A stretch of DNA of 64,000 bases from Octopus sinensis (Eukaryota), in the NCBI RefSeq assembly GCF_006345805.1, contig NC_043005.1:95852001-95916000 (forward strand), read 5' to 3'. The notes under the pieces are model-generated. The model had not been told where the DNA came from. It did no database searches and saw nothing but the letters and a program-made list of their open reading frames with translations. Within the stretch, counting starts at the first letter, position 1. Each line of letters begins with the position of its first letter. The translations under genes and the position numbers were made by a program. This document shows, in pieces, positions 14,267-29,136 of this stretch.

Positions 14267-16559
14267 TGTATGTATGTGTATATATATATATATGTATGTA
14301 TATATATATAGCTATTGTTTATAGCTATTGTTTATATATTTATTCTTTGTTATTGAATTTGTAAAATACTTAGTGGGTACTTTTTGGTTATCTCACCCCC
14401 ATTAAAAAATTGCCATTAAAAAACTGGGTTATCTCCCCACTAAAAAACTGAGTTTATGTGGCGACAAGAGATTGGATTAAAAGAATTAGATCCTTTTGAT
14501 TCACTACTTCAGCACATTGTTGACGTTCAGCTTCCTCAATAGGAATGGAATAGTTTGTTATAAGAATGTTATCAGATTCAGTGAGATGTTTAATTTTTTC
14601 TGTTTTGAATGATTTGTTATAAGAATATTATTAGATACAATAAGATGTTTCATCTTTTCCCTTTTTTTTTCTTTTATTGAGGGTTAAACAATTTTTCCTA
14701 GTTGAGAGAGATAACAAAAAGTACCGATATTTCTCATAAAACTTGCGGGGAGATAATCCAATTTTTTTTAATGGGGGTGAGACAACCAAAAGGTACCACA
14801 CATATTTCAACTTTTTTATGATCACTATATATATTTCGAGTTGAGGTTTAATTAAACCGGTTTCTTTGTTCTTGACAACTGTGGGATTTTCTTTTCTTTC
14901 GTATAAATCGCCACCTGCTGTTAACAATCTAGCTAGAAATACATCATATCGATTTTTGTTTTGTTACTATTTTAATTTTTAATCTTTTAAGAAAATTAGC
15001 GAAGTAATTACGTAGCGATAGTTGTATGTTCAGTAAACTGAACACAGTTTGACACTTACATACACCTGATTTTCTCCCCCTTCATACACACAAGCAAGCA
15101 TCTGACTCATACACTGTTCGCTTTCCAGGCATTTGTACATTACTGCATATGCTTTATACACACTTTTGACAAGTTGTGGTGCACCTGAGCACTGTAGACA
15201 ATAATTTCATTATTATTATTATTATTATTATTATAACTTGACTGGTTATAAAACTATTATCCATTAGTCACTCGCTCTGATAATAAAGCTAAGGGAGACA
15301 ACTCCGAGCTTTATGAGTTATCTCCTTTGACTCCTCTGTACGGACTCGTGTCGTGCGCGTGAGTGTATATATTGATCTTTGACTTGTTTCAGTCACTGCA
15401 CTGGAGACATGCCGAGGCACCTCCTTGGAGGGGTTTTAGTCGAACAAATCGACCCCAGTATTTATTTTCGTTTAAAGTTTATTACTTATTCTGTCGGTTT
15501 CTTTTGCCGAACCGATAAGTTAGGGGAACGTAAACAAACCAACACTGGTTGATAACTACTGGGGTGGGGGTGGGGCTCACACACACATACACATGACAGA
15601 CTTGCCTAGAATGCCATGCAGTGGGGTTGAACCTAAAACCATATGGTTGAGGAGCAAACTTTTTACCACACAGCCATGCCTGTTCTTGCCTCTAATGTAT
15701 TCAAGTACACATACAACACTGGTTAAAATTTGTACTATGAGAAAATACACTATGTGCATTTAGTACTATGACTAAGTAAACAAATGTGCAATTAGGAAAT
15801 AATTGATTTCTTATGCATTAACTTGTATTTTTTTTTAATGGCTATTTTTGAAAAACAATTTGTTTGCCCAATTGTTGTTTCTTAAAGCTTTTTAAAATTA
15901 CCTCTCGCAATCATTACATTACAATCAATCACAAACATTATACTTCTCCCTAGCTCAGACTGTTGCCATCAGATCGTTGAAGCTGTTAAGCCATGTTCCA
16001 AAGTCTGTGTTTCTGTAACTGACTTAAGTCACATTTCATCAACTGACTATGAATGGGATGTTGCTATCTATATTCTGTGGCTTGTAGTTTGGTACCAGTA
16101 CTCTGTTTCTTCATCCCACATACCCAGTAGCAACAAATCAAGTGAAAACAGAATGTGAAGGCTTTAATGCCTGCATGTCAACGTTTTTAAAGATTGATCA
16201 ATGGTTTACAGTGTCTAGGTAGAGGTAGGTAGTGGTAGTGATGGTGGCAGAAGCAGAAGTGGTATTTATAGTAGTAGTAGTAGTAGTAATTTTAGCATGA
16301 ATGCAAACTAGAAAATTAATAGGAGAGGTTAATTGATTAAATAAACTTTGGTCAACTTTGGAAGATAAAGCCTACCAAAATGGGATTCATCTTGGTTGGC
16401 TCTGAACATAAAGAGCCTTATTTAGTTAATACTTTAAGACATTTTCATGAATGCTTTAATGATTCTGCTAATCCATCATGTGACAATATTTTATAACAGT
16501 TTTATTTAAGTTTTCTTTTTAAATTTTATTGTATTTATTTTTTTATTTTTTATTATCAG

Positions 16560-16735
16560 GCTCTCCTGGTGAATCTTCTGCAAACAATGCAAACCTCTTA
16601 GATGACTTCCTTGGAAGCAGTGGAACTTCTACAGCCAATGCAGCACCTGCTGCTCCTATAAATGCTGTCCAAAGCCAAACCTCTGGACAGACACCTACAA
16701 ACACTGCCAATTCCAGCCAACAGGCATTCCAACAA
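16560..16735 (+). CDS. SMAP1: SMAP exon (SSPGESSANNANLLDDFLG...QQAFQQ), phase 1-0
   Basis: Long T-rich tract + cag acceptor; phase matches both neighbours. 3' end is either CAA|gtacaa (16735) or CAG|gcattc (16723). Confidence 0.8.
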
Positions 16736-17956
16736 GTACAATACATATTTTCATTTAGATTTAACTCGTAACTAAGATGCATGTTTCCTACAGTAAATAA
16801 TTTCATCTGATTGCATGATTCATTTTGTTGATAGATCATTGATTTTTAATGATGGTGTGGTTACAGATTTGAGCAAGGAAGGTAAATCTCTTTGCCTTGC
16901 TACAGGGCTGGTGGATCATTGTAACTAGACACCTTGTTGGTGCAAAACATCTTAAATTCCTCTGATTTGATTGATTTACACTAAAACCATCATTTCAGTG
17001 TAGCTACTCTGTCAGCAACACAGCACATACATTCTTATCCTCATTTACAGTCTCTTATAGAACGTCTCTCTCTCTTCAAAATGTAATTTCTCTTGAGGTT
17101 CAAGAATGAAGTACAAACATTTTTTTTTTTAATGCTAAAGATTGACATTTTAATCTGTTTGTCACTGTTTTTTCAAATAATCATAAAATAAATACTTTGG
17201 TTATCATTAATCAATTGAGATCTGAAATTAAGTTACAGCTATTAGCATCTTTATTCCACTTTCAATTTCTTGTTAAGCTTTATCTTGAAATTTTAGTCTG
17301 CTTTTAACCCCAGTTACAGTTATGATTACTCTTATGAAAAGGAAGTCTCTCGTGTTATGAAATTTCACTCCATTGAAATACTTTCAGTGCATTGCTACTT
17401 ACTACTTACTTGTACTTATGACATCGTTCACCCAGGGTGGGTTGAACCAGCTTCTTCTCTGACGCTCGACAGTCCTGTGCAAGGTCACTGGAGATAGCGA
17501 GCCATTTGCAGTTCCATCTGCGCAGACCGACCACCTGCAGACCTGAGAGTTCGGAGAGGTCTTCCTTTATTGCTACCCACATGTATGATGCTAATGAACC
17601 AGTCAGTATATAGATATTGTTACTGTAGCGTTAGAAAATATTGCTCTGATTTTGTATAATTAATTGTCATTTATATAATCCTTTCTACTGTTGACACAAG
17701 GCTTAAAGTTTTGGGGAGGGAGCTAGTTGATGACATCGACCCCAGTGCTCAACTGATGTTTATTCCATCAATCCCAAAAGGATAAACAGCAAATTGACCT
17801 CAGTGTAATTTGAACCCAGAATGTAAAGAGGGATGAAATTCTGCAAAGCATTTTGTCCAGTGTCCTGGCAATTCTACCAACTCTCCTCCTGAAACTGTTG
17901 CTAATATAATATAGAACTATTAAGTCATTCTACTTCTATTTCTATTTTATTATTAA

Positions 17957-18305
17957 CTAGCACTATGACCCGGCAACGCATGCATATACAGCTGCGTGCG
18001 TGCGCACATACACGCGAGTACTGTCCAAATCTCCAACCAACCACATACAGCTAGCTGGCATTCAATTGGCATATCAAGTTTCAGGCATTTTGATTGAGTT
18101 TTGGATAGAAAATTCACAAAAAAGTCACTTCTATTGATTTTTTAATGGCTTTGCGGGGTGACTGGGGAAATGTAAAGATGTGCACGACCACCCTTGGACG
18201 GTTTTGAATGACCATAGAAAGTGCAAGCCCTCTAACTGAAAAATTGTGGATTTGTATAAAGGATACACACGCAGACAGACATTTTGCCGTTTATATACAG
18301 AGAGA
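17957..18305 (-). mobile_element. Non-autonomous Helitron, second family
   Basis: A|TC start, ...CCGGGTCATAGTGCTAG|T end; 5' end resembles the copy at 59666. Confidence 0.75.
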
Positions 18306-20072
18306 TTTGTGATAAAGTAGATGAGAGTTTTAAAATACAGGAGTATGCAATATGTAACATATGACATGTGGTCCTTTCTATTCTTAACTCCACTTCTACT
18401 TTATGGTTTATTGGTTTGTATTAAAAGTGGGCATTCAGGTGACTCCACATGACATAACATTCCACACAGATAGTCACATTCTTGTAGATGTTTAACCCAA
18501 GAGAGCATGGAAAAATTGTTATACAAAAAATCTGTGAAAGTAGTGTTGTTTAAGGCAAAATCTTTTTTAAATAGTTTTGCTTTTGTTTTGGGAAACTGAA
18601 TTCTTAGTTTATGTAATTACATCAATTTTGTAAGGTTAATTCTGTTTAATTTTACATATATATGAATGATAGATTTCTAAACTTGCTTTAAACATTTCTC
18701 CAAGCTTATCATTTTCCTGATGGGGTTGCAGTGGTTGTTAACTTTTCAGATGAAAAGTTAGCAGGTTCTTATTGTATCACTGTACTTCATTTATCTGGTA
18801 ACAAAGAAACAAGTTTAGTAGCAGAGTCGAAATTTCCTGTTAGCACCAAGATTGAATTCGATCGAGTAAACATGTGATCAAATGCATTCTAGTGATGGCC
18901 ATATCTAGACTACACTGTCTAATGCATCATTTCCTAACCTGTTCATTCTTAGAGAAACATGTACATAAGAATTATTATATATCTACATTAATCTTTTTCT
19001 TTCTCTTTTATAAAATTTAATTTCTTAAGAGATTAGTCCATAAAACTATTTTTGAAAGGCTTGGCAGTGCTAAATTCGTAATATATTATGAAGATAGTTT
19101 AAGAAATTTTGTTCAGACCAAATTCCCTTGCAATTTCCTATCAAGCAGTGACTTTTTTTTAAGGCTTGCCTTACTATCAATAGATGCTATAATTTCCCTG
19201 CCCTAAGGAATATGCCATGTGTGTATAATAGAATTATGAATGTAGAATTAAACACAAAAATGCATTTGCATATTATTAGCCTATAAGCCAATATTTCAAT
19301 AAGGTGTGTAAGTAAAATTCAGTGAAGATTTGTCTTCTATTTCCAACAGCTCTAGCAAACACATAAAGGCTCACATTCATGAGGTATTCTTTTGTTGGAG
19401 TTGGACATTACTATTGTTAAGGCACTTAATTGTGGAATTCAGTTGAGCAATCTGGAGAGAAGTGCACAATTCTACTTCCATATGATTGGTAGTGAGCTCA
19501 TTCCACAACATGAGCTATTGAGGGACAAGAGGAGCAGTCAGTTGTAAAAATAATTGCTTCAACAAAAATCCCTCCTGCCATACAACCAAGGGAAAATTAA
19601 TATATCTATACATAACAAAAGTTATTTTGCAATATTGATAGTGAATAGGTCTGTCTATCTAAAGGTGATGGCTTATAATATTTGGAGATCAAATAAAATA
19701 CAAGTAGATATGACTATTTTATGTAATATCTTTGGGCTTGCAGACTGACTGTGACCTAATAACTATACATACATGTTTAGCTCAATTCAATAGCAAATGA
19801 GCAAATTTATGACCAAAGCTATTCCAACTATCACTCTCCTGTCTTTTGAGGTGTGCATAAGAAAGCTACATTAAGTAATATTTCCCTGTCTTATTTAAAC
19901 CTGCAAAGTGTGATTTGAAGGTAATTTACCTTCAGTTTCTTTCAGGCTAAGTAAACATGTAGAACCTCCCCCTTTGGCTCCAGCATACTTTAGTTTTAAC
20001 CTTGGAAGGTATGAATTCCTTGATCATTTAAATGTTAGTCCATAAATATCTAAGACAACTGTTTCTTTCCAG

Positions 20073-20211
20073 AATGGAGCATTTGATGATTCTCTTTTCA
20101 CCAGTGCCAGTTCTGATGCTAAGAGTGGTAATGATAAGACCACGAAAGAATCCATAATGGCATTGTATGGATCTTCAACTCCCCAGCAACAGAACATCTT
20201 CGGCGTTCCAG
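20073..20211 (+). CDS. SMAP1: SMAP exon (NGAFDDSLF...KTTKESIMALYG...FGVP), phase 0-1
   Basis: ttctttccag acceptor, G|gtatag donor. KESIMALYG matches the conserved K(D/E)SI(L/M)xLY motif of SMAP1/2. Confidence 0.9.
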
Positions 20212-22795
20212 GTATAGCATGCAAAATTTTTCTTCACAACTTTTACCTTCTTCAGCTTTTTTACTTACCATTACTGAGATGGAATCACTTTCTCTTCACC
20301 TAACTCCAGAAACTTTATCACCAGACAGCGAACTGGTTCCGATTTCTCTGATTCACATTCCTCTGTAGAGAGGATGAACAAGTATATGTATGTTTGGAGT
20401 TTGAGAAATTGTTCCCTAAAGGAAATATTTCTGTTGTTATTTCAAGGGAATAGTTATGGTGTTTGGACAAACTGTTTCTTATGTCACTAATACCAATATG
20501 TCACAGACAAAATATATTAATGAATTTATTGAGAAAAAGAAAATGTGTCACCTCAGTTTTGATTTCTACAGAAACTACTTTTTTTTTTATCATAAAATTA
20601 CTTAATGAAAATTGAAATGCTGATGTTTGTATTTGTAGCTTTCATGTTGATTCATGGAAGAACAAATTTAAAGAAATAAATGTACTTATATATATGTGTG
20701 AATGGATACACTTCAACTACCACTACCTGCTGTAAAATGGAGTAATATCGATAAATGTTGCATTTTGATTAATTGTGAAATCTCTTAACCATCGTTTATC
20801 CTTTGTGTTATTATTGCTGATGTTACTGGAATAATTAGATAATTACAATTAATATTATTTGTTTTAAAACTCAATTTGAACAACAAACATTTTTTGTCTT
20901 TTTTTTTTCAATTTTTGTTGACTTGTAATTTGATTGCTTATATTTTTACCTTTACTTTTGAGTTGCTTTTGTGTGTTTTTTAATATTGCTTAAACTTATT
21001 TTAGCCCTAGAAGTGTATAAAAATTAAGTAATAAAACAACATCTTAATTAATCTTTATCAGAAATAGAACTGACTTGCTTCAATGGCTGAATATCAGTTT
21101 TTATCCTGATAGTGACCACCATCACCACCACCCACTCCACTCTTGTATCCTTCAGTAGTGTGCACTAAACTGTAGAATTAAGGAATAACTCATTCTGTCG
21201 AAGATACACATTCTCAGTAAAATAATGACCTGGTAGACAAGTGTCAGTTCTAAGATAGCCCATTTTCTCTCTCTAATTTAGCAATGGAGCTGGTTAGTAT
21301 TCCAAAGTTAGAAAAAAAATCTAGAAAGAACGTGATTGCTCTAATGATTGGAAATGTTTGAGGGACACAAAATCAAGATTTTGTTGTTGGTCTCAATATG
21401 TCATTCTAAATCTTGCTGATGACTCAGAATGAACAAACCAGGCGTTTAGCTTTATATGTTTTCTATTACTTGTTACTCTGTAATTAAGAATCAGTTTTTA
21501 ACACAGTTTGTTATCTTAACGTACTGCTGCTATCACAGAAAAGAAAATGCTTACTGCTTATTCTTGATAAATAAAAACTGATGTGTAATAATATATAAGG
21601 GCTATAAAGATAAACACAATACCACTGTAACATAATTATTGTGTTATACAACTAACAAAATGCTTCTTTGGAAGTACCACCCATATAGAAACTAAGCAAT
21701 TATTATATAGAAATCAAAATTCTAAGCCTTTCCTCATCAGCAGAAAGGTTCTGAGTATAGTAACCAACATTGCTATTAACTTCTTTGAGCTGTTCTGGAA
21801 ACATTTCCCCCATCAATCACAAATATCGCAATAATGTTAAAATTAGGCTTACGGTTGTACTGATGATATAAATAATGAGATACATAAAATTAATAGGAAT
21901 AATTGTACACTTCAAAGCATCAATATGTAACTGTAACAACAAATCAACTTGCTAAGTGAGAAAATGTCTGAAGTAGTAGAGTGCTTAACGAATTACAATG
22001 GAAAACAAGAAGCCTGTTTAAAAGCTGCTGCACACAGCACATCTTTTGTATTATGTAGTAGACACAAGGAAAATGTGACATTTCTATCTCAATCTGTCTT
22101 GGTTCTGAAGGAGATTGGCACTGAATTTCAACAGCAGACCAGCCAAGTCTGTCTCTAACCAATAGTGTTTGTAACAGCAAACTTATTTGCAATATGCTAC
22201 TATAATTACACATTGTGCACAGAAGTCATACATGTGTTTGATAGTAATTCACAAATTTAACAGCCATTAATCAAAATGTGGCTTCCCGATAATCCCATTC
22301 TGGGGTTCAGTTTCAATTTTCAAATGTAGCTGTCTTACTAATAATGCTCACAGGAACAGCATCAGTGCTACAGCTCCCATCTTCTCCTTTGTTGGAAGCT
22401 AATGCTTTTTTAGCTGATGCTTCTGATCACAAAAGTTCAAGTAATTTTGCTCTATTCATTGCACTAAAGCATGAGACATTCATAGATATTCATTCATACA
22501 CACTCACATTATAGCTGTATAAATAGACACAAGTACTGGATATATAGGCTTTACCAAGCTAACTGCAATATTTTAATGAAGCAATTCTAAAGTAATTAAA
22601 GTCCATTAGCACTAAATTTAGTGCTTACAAGGCTTTATTGAATGCTATTATTATTATGACAAGCATGTAATTATCAAATCAGTATATATAATTGTTTAAT
22701 ATTTATAACTTTGAATATATTAATAGCAGAGATGAAATGACTAAAATTATTCTCCCTGTTGCATTGTTTGGATATAGTTGCAAGTCCTATTGTAG

Positions 22796-22948
22796 GGGGT
22801 GCCTACAGCCAAGTGCCTTCCTTCTTCAGTGGTCAGCAAATGTTTAGCCAACCTGGCATGGCTCCCCAAGGCGCTATGTTCTTGGCTCAGCAGCCCAATA
22901 CTGAACCTGTCAACCAATACAAGTTGTTTACAGACACAACCACTCCAG
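22796..22948 (+). CDS. SMAP1: Probable SMAP cassette exon (GGAYSQVPSFF...TTTP), phase 1-1
   Basis: tgtag acceptor, G|gtacat donor, 153 nt (multiple of 3). M/Q/P/G-rich like neighbouring exons; a second in-frame acceptor at 22777. Confidence 0.65.
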
Positions 22949-24799
22949 GTACATCTTTTGGTGACTGGGTTCTATTTTGATGGTGCTTCCTTGCAATGGC
23001 TTTCTATATTTTACTCTTTATTTATTTATTTATTTTGTCTTTCTCACATATTCACACCAATCTACAATAATTCTAGTTTGCAATGAACTTTTGAACTCAT
23101 CCGGTTCACATCCATTTACCTTCTTCCCTTAATCCTTGTACTTTCAACTAATTCATTTGCATTGTCTTTTTTCTTTTTTTCTTCTTTACCTAACTATAAT
23201 TAGATGTTTTTAGTAATGTTCTATTGTGATATCTTTTATCACATATACTTCGTTTTCGTGCAGCCAAGGCACTAGACTACTGACTACATGGTCATGAGTT
23301 CAATCCTTACTACTGCAGCTATTGTGTTCCACCACAAAGTTAATTATATGTTAGATCACACAGCCATGCCTACAGTAATCCATAAACACACTTAGTCATT
23401 TCAAGTCAACAGTTTCCTGATTAAAATTTTAATGAGTAGACTGCCTAGATGTCTTCCATAACTTTCTATATAATGAAAGAGAAGAGTTTAATAAAATCTC
23501 TTTAGCTTTATATATTGGTTTATGTTATGTAACATGTTGACCAACTGAAATCTCTTGTTATTCCTTTATATTGTAATGAGATTTTTATTAAGATTTTAAC
23601 TTAATCTGAACACTTTAGTATGGATGATCTCATGTGGGGTGAAATTAAAATGGTCAGAAAGAAAATTAAACACTTATGATCAGCAACAGAACAATCATAG
23701 TTTCAGTTCCTATTAGAACCTCCTCCAACTCAAAATAACTGAGTATGCTTGTGCTCTTTCAGTCAATCATGTATAAACTTTGTAAAGATTGAATAATGTG
23801 CTCTTTTGAACTTCACAGTAAGATTAAACATGTGTACTTACAAAGTATGGATTGTATTGTATGTCTGGGCAAGATGCCTTATTTTGCTTACCTCAGTTTG
23901 ACCGTCGGATAAGGTGCTTCTTTCTTAGACAAGAAGTTAGCTGAAGGAATAGTATCATGCTGATTCCAACAATAAGCAATGTTCAAAACTTACCAAACAA
24001 TCCTCTAACCATGTTGTCATGGAGACATAAAATAGAGAAAAGAAAAAATGATTTTGTTTATTTACTTAAGAATTTATAAAAATATCTTCAAATATGATAG
24101 CAAGCACAATGAAATATATTTATTAAACATTTCTAAACACCAAATCTGAGGTTAAAATAAAAATGACAATTATACTGATAAGACTTGGAATTTATATCTG
24201 TCACATACCGTGCAAGACCTGTTCAACTCTTTTGCTACCAACCCACCTGAGACCACCCCTATTCTATGTTACAAACTTTCAGAGTTTAGGGTATGATTTG
24301 AAGGAAATTTAGCTTACTACACAGAGACCTCAAAGTTATCGAAATTAAAATTTTCCATCTAAATTTCATGCTCATTTATGTTTCAAATACCAGCTTAATA
24401 ACAAAATTATTTCATTAAATTCTTCGTTATTTGTCAAATGAATTGAACCAAGGGTAGTGTATTTCAACAGGAATATGGTCTCAAAAGATTTAATACTATC
24501 TATCTTAAAATCCTAATCAGTAACTTATATGAACATACACACATACACACACCTCTTAGTGCATGCTTGCTATTAATATATATCTGTAAATGCACATTTA
24601 TAAACCTCATGCATTATTCTATTCTTACTGATAAGTACAGATGCTATCTCTGTAGATGACATTTAGCTCTGTTTTCTAAACACAATTATTTATTTTTGAC
24701 TTTTTTTTTTTATATTTTCTGCCAAATGCAAAAAAAAAGAACTATAGACTCATTTAGTTCACTCCATTCCTTGTTTGTAATTTCAAAACTTACAAATCA

Positions 24800-25347
24800 A
24801 AATCAAAATCAAATTCGATGACTGGCGTCCGTGCTAGCAGCATGCAAAGAGCACCATATGAGTGTGATCATTGACAGAGCAGCTAACCAGCTTCAGTGCC
24901 AGTGACACTTAAAAGGCACCATTCAAGCGTAATCGTTACCAGCGTTGCCTTACTGGCACTCAAGCCCCGTCCTAGTAGGGTATTAAGAGCATCATCCGAG
25001 CGTGATCATTGCCTGAGCGGCTACCTGGCCTCTGTGCTGGTGGCACGTAAAAGACACCATTCAAGCGTGATCGTTACCAGCATCGCCTTACTGGCACCTG
25101 TGCCGGTGGCATGTGTAAAAGATTTGAGCAAGGTCACTGCCAGTACCGCCTGACTGGCCCCGTGCCGGTGGCACATAAAAGCACCCACTACACTCTCGGA
25201 GTGGTTGGCGTTAGGAAGGGCATCCAGCTGTAGAAACTCTGCCAGATCAAGATCAGAGCCTGGTGCAGCCATCTGGTTTGCCAGCCCTCAGTCATTCATC
25301 CAACCCATGCTAGCATGGAAAGCGGACGTTAAACGATGATGATGATG
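24800..25347 (+). mobile_element. RTE 3'-UTR-derived repeat with (GAT)n tail (also about 1982-, 7020+, 12360+, 26640+, 27835-, 29930-, 30400+, 30990+)
   Basis: gtggttggcgttaggaagggcatccagc...catgctagcatggaa..gacgttaaacgatgatgat matches 39600-39770. Confidence 0.9.
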
Positions 25348-28300
25348 ACAAGGGTCAATGTGTTTTTTAGTGACTTAGATCAATAAAATAAGCACCTTAA
25401 TATGCTAGATTGAATTCTCAACTGACTACAGTAATTTCCCTGAAAATTTTACTCTTGTACCCCTTTTTAAAACAATTACTGGGTAGAATGTCAACTTCAT
25501 ACTGGACACCCTTCTCAAAAGAGATATGACAATATTGCTTAATGGATGGCAACGTACACAGTTACATCAAAACTCATTCTGGGATTTGAAAAAGGGTCTT
25601 TGTATTTTGAGCTCTTTGAGAAGCTGTAAGTTCCTAAGGAATGACTTCTGCAGCCCGGTTTCGATTCCCACTTCATGCATCTCAGCTTCACCTTACTAAT
25701 GTCCTTGGAATAGGCATGAATTTCCAAATTATCCCAAACTGAATGACTTCCAGCCTGCAAAAGTTATTAGTAAGAGTTCTAAATTTTCTGATGTTTCTTC
25801 TTTGGGTTCCATTTCTAAATGGTGTAGTATATTCTTTTATCTCCCTGCTCTTTCTCCCCCCCCCCCACTCTATATATGTATATATATGAGTCAGAAGAAA
25901 TACTGCAAGACATTTTTCTAATGCTCTCACATTTCTGGCAATATTTTAAAGTTTCCACTTTTTCATTGCCAAGATCCAAGTTAGAATAGCAACAGGTTAT
26001 TAGGTGCTGCTTAACCATGGTACTGAACTGATACAAAAGAATAAAAGTTTCCTCTTTCTATTCAGATTGAGATGAATTTGAATGGAATGTCAAAAGGAAA
26101 AGGAAACAGTGAAACTCTTAAGATAAAATCTTTATTTGCACAAAATTAGTTTGTTTTTTTTTTTCCTCAGTTTCTTTCCTTTTTTTCCTCAGTTTCTTTC
26201 CTTTTTTTTTTTCTTTTAACACATCAAAGCAGAGAGATGTACATAAAATGATACATTGAGAATAAAGCCTTGTAATATAGAAATGGGATTTATGATTACT
26301 TATGTATTAATACTTGATGGGGAAAAAAACTAAAGTAAAACAAAAATAATTTTGGCATGACTGTTTGGTTGAGAAGTTTGCTTTGAAGCCATGTGATTAG
26401 AGGTTCACTTCACTGCATTGACACTGTCAGCTGGTATCCATTGTTATAGATGTAAGTTGACCAACACCTTGTGAGTGACATTTGCTTGGCAGAAACTAAA
26501 AGCTCATGGTGTGTGTGTGAGATAGAGAGAAGGTCTGTATTCCCCTTATCTTGATGTGTGTGCTGATTGCAATAAACGAGTCCTCATTCATACCAATGAT
26601 GTCACAGGTCTGAATTCTTTGTGAAAGAATGTCTGTACTATTCAGTAGACTAGGGGAAATATTACCTCGCTTGGAAATAGGCGATGGTTGACAATGGAAA
26701 GAGCATCCAGCTGTAGCAAGTTCTGCCTCAGTGAGGGCTTATATGAACCCATGAAATCATAGAAAAATAGACATTAAAACAACGATGGTGATGATGAATA
26801 TTCATACCTAAAAATTCATCAAGAGCAAAAAAGACAAATTTAACAAAAAACATTGAGATATTCAAGTTAGATTGATTAGCAAAGTTTCAATACATTTTTT
26901 TCTTTTTTTATTAGAATTGTAATTGTCTAACACATTTCTAATGGACTTGTTTATATCTCTTGAGTATTTTTCTTTTCTATTTTTTTTATGGTAGCAGGGC
27001 TGGGGCTTGGTTTCTTCTCACTGGGTATAGTTTTTCAGATTGATATTTATTTGTATCCATTGTGGCCAACTACTTGTTTTTGATATTATAAGTTATTCTC
27101 ATTGTTATCTTTCCTAGATCTCTGGAATCATCATCTTCATTTATTTACATTTCATACTGCAAAACCAGCTCAAAACATTCCAAGAAACTCCGCTTATAAC
27201 AATAATTCAATTCCCAGAGTTAAACAATTGTTGTTCTTCATGTATACAGTTTGAATTAAAACAAAAACAAACATTACAATCTGAAGCCAGAATAGCTGAA
27301 GGAAATACCCGAGTGACTTTCTCACTTAAAATACTAACCAAGGATGAACTGTCTTAATGCTCTTTGGAAGCCTTTGCTCTAAAGCATAATTGTATACATT
27401 TCATGACTTCTATGTCCGATACCACTGGAAGCTAAAGGTTATCAGTGTGGCAACTCATAAACAGACAATAGTTAAGACCAAGTAAATGGTTGTAACCTGT
27501 TGGCATTGAAACATTTTTATTTACATTACATATGTATAACTATAAATTAGTTATCTATTTATTTCTTTATTGCCCAAAAGGAACTAAACATAGAGGGGAC
27601 AAACAAGGACAGACAAACAGATTAAGTCTATTATATTGACCCCAGTACAAAACTGGTACTTAATTTATCGACCCTGAAAGGATGAAAGGCAAAGTCAACC
27701 TCGGCAGAATTTGAACTCAGAACATAGCAGCTAAGCATTTCATCTGGCATGCTAACATTTCTGCCAGCTCGCCTAATTAGTTATCTATTATCATCAAACT
27801 GATTATACTCACATATTACTGTATATTCAGCCTCATCATGATCATTTAACATCCATGTTCCATGCTGGCATGGGTTGGACTGGGTGCTTTTTTTTCATGC
27901 CACCAGCACTAGTGAGGCCATCATGCAGTTTGCAATTCAACAAACCCCAAGAGGGTAACTTTATGCTACAAGATGGATAAAAGTATGAGAGAAATGTATA
28001 TTCTTTATGACAAATATAGTCTCTGCAGTTTTTCATGTCAAAGATGCACCATACTTCCCTTCTTCTATTGTATGATACCTGTTATATTCCTGTCTCTTCG
28101 CTACCTCTTTCCAGCATCTTTCACATTGTACTCACATACCTAATTTTGAGATATATCAACTTTGTTTTCTTTTTGGTAAACTTTTCTATAACTTCAAACT
28201 TAAGGATAATTCATTCTTAAATTTAATTTCATTTCTTTCTTCTCCTTTGTCTTATTTAAATGTAGGTCATTTTGTTTTTAGTTATTCTTTCCTATAAATG

Positions 28301-28541
28301 GCTAAGTTATTTGCCAAGCTGAGAAATATTGGCATCTTTTTTATTTCAAAAGACAGTGTCACACATAACTTCTACCTACCATTGTTTAGATAGAGAAACC
28401 TAAACCTGTTTATTTCAAACTATTCCTTCATTTTACTCTGAATATCTTTTTGTTGAAATGCTCATAACTAAAAATAATCATTTCTCACATAACTGTAAAA
28501 ACTGAGCATTTAATGTTTTCATGAACTTCTTTAACTTTCAG

Positions 28542-28660
28542 GAGGGATGTATATGCCAGCCCAAGGAATCAATGTTCAGCCAACAATGCCGGCCAACAAT
28601 TCTATGGCTGTACAGCAAGGCATGACAGGGATGGTGAATCCAGGAATAGTTGGCATGCCA
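28542..28660 (+). CDS. SMAP1: SMAP exon (GGMYMPAQG...IVGMP), phase 1-0
   Basis: tttcag acceptor, perfect |gtaagt donor, Met/Gly/Pro-rich low-complexity tail. Confidence 0.9.
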
Positions 28661-29136
28661 GTAAGTTATGATTATTTAAAGTTTGTAACCCTTCATTGAA
28701 CATTAATATCAGATGATAATGGTTATTCACTAGCTTTAATATAGGTATTTTCAAAACTGGGATTGTTCAACAAAATCTAAAACTCATTCATATTATTTTA
28801 CAAATAAATCACTAAATTGTTTTCACATCAGTTCATCCCAAATTCATATTAGCAAGATTAACCGGAACAAAATAATTAAAGCAGTGACAAAAATAATTGA
28901 TAATTGTCATTAATGAAGTAATCAAAAATAATTACTTCATAAATGATATATATCAAAAATTGGTGTGAGGGGGGCACATTTTCCATATACAATGCGTGTA
29001 GTAGTAGTTTCACTCTAATGAAATGGGTGTTATGTGTTGTTCATGTGTACAAGTTTCAATGAATAATTGGTTGAACCGAGTGACCTACCCAGTAAATGTA
29101 GTTTAGTTGTGATTTCCACCGATATTTTAATTACAG

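Noticed and set aside
17400-17580. GC-richer intronic island as possible snoRNA or exon
   Set aside because: The minus strand reads ...LAQDCRASEKKLV... followed by an (AAGT)n-like tail, typical of a LINE 3' end; plus-strand frames are closed.
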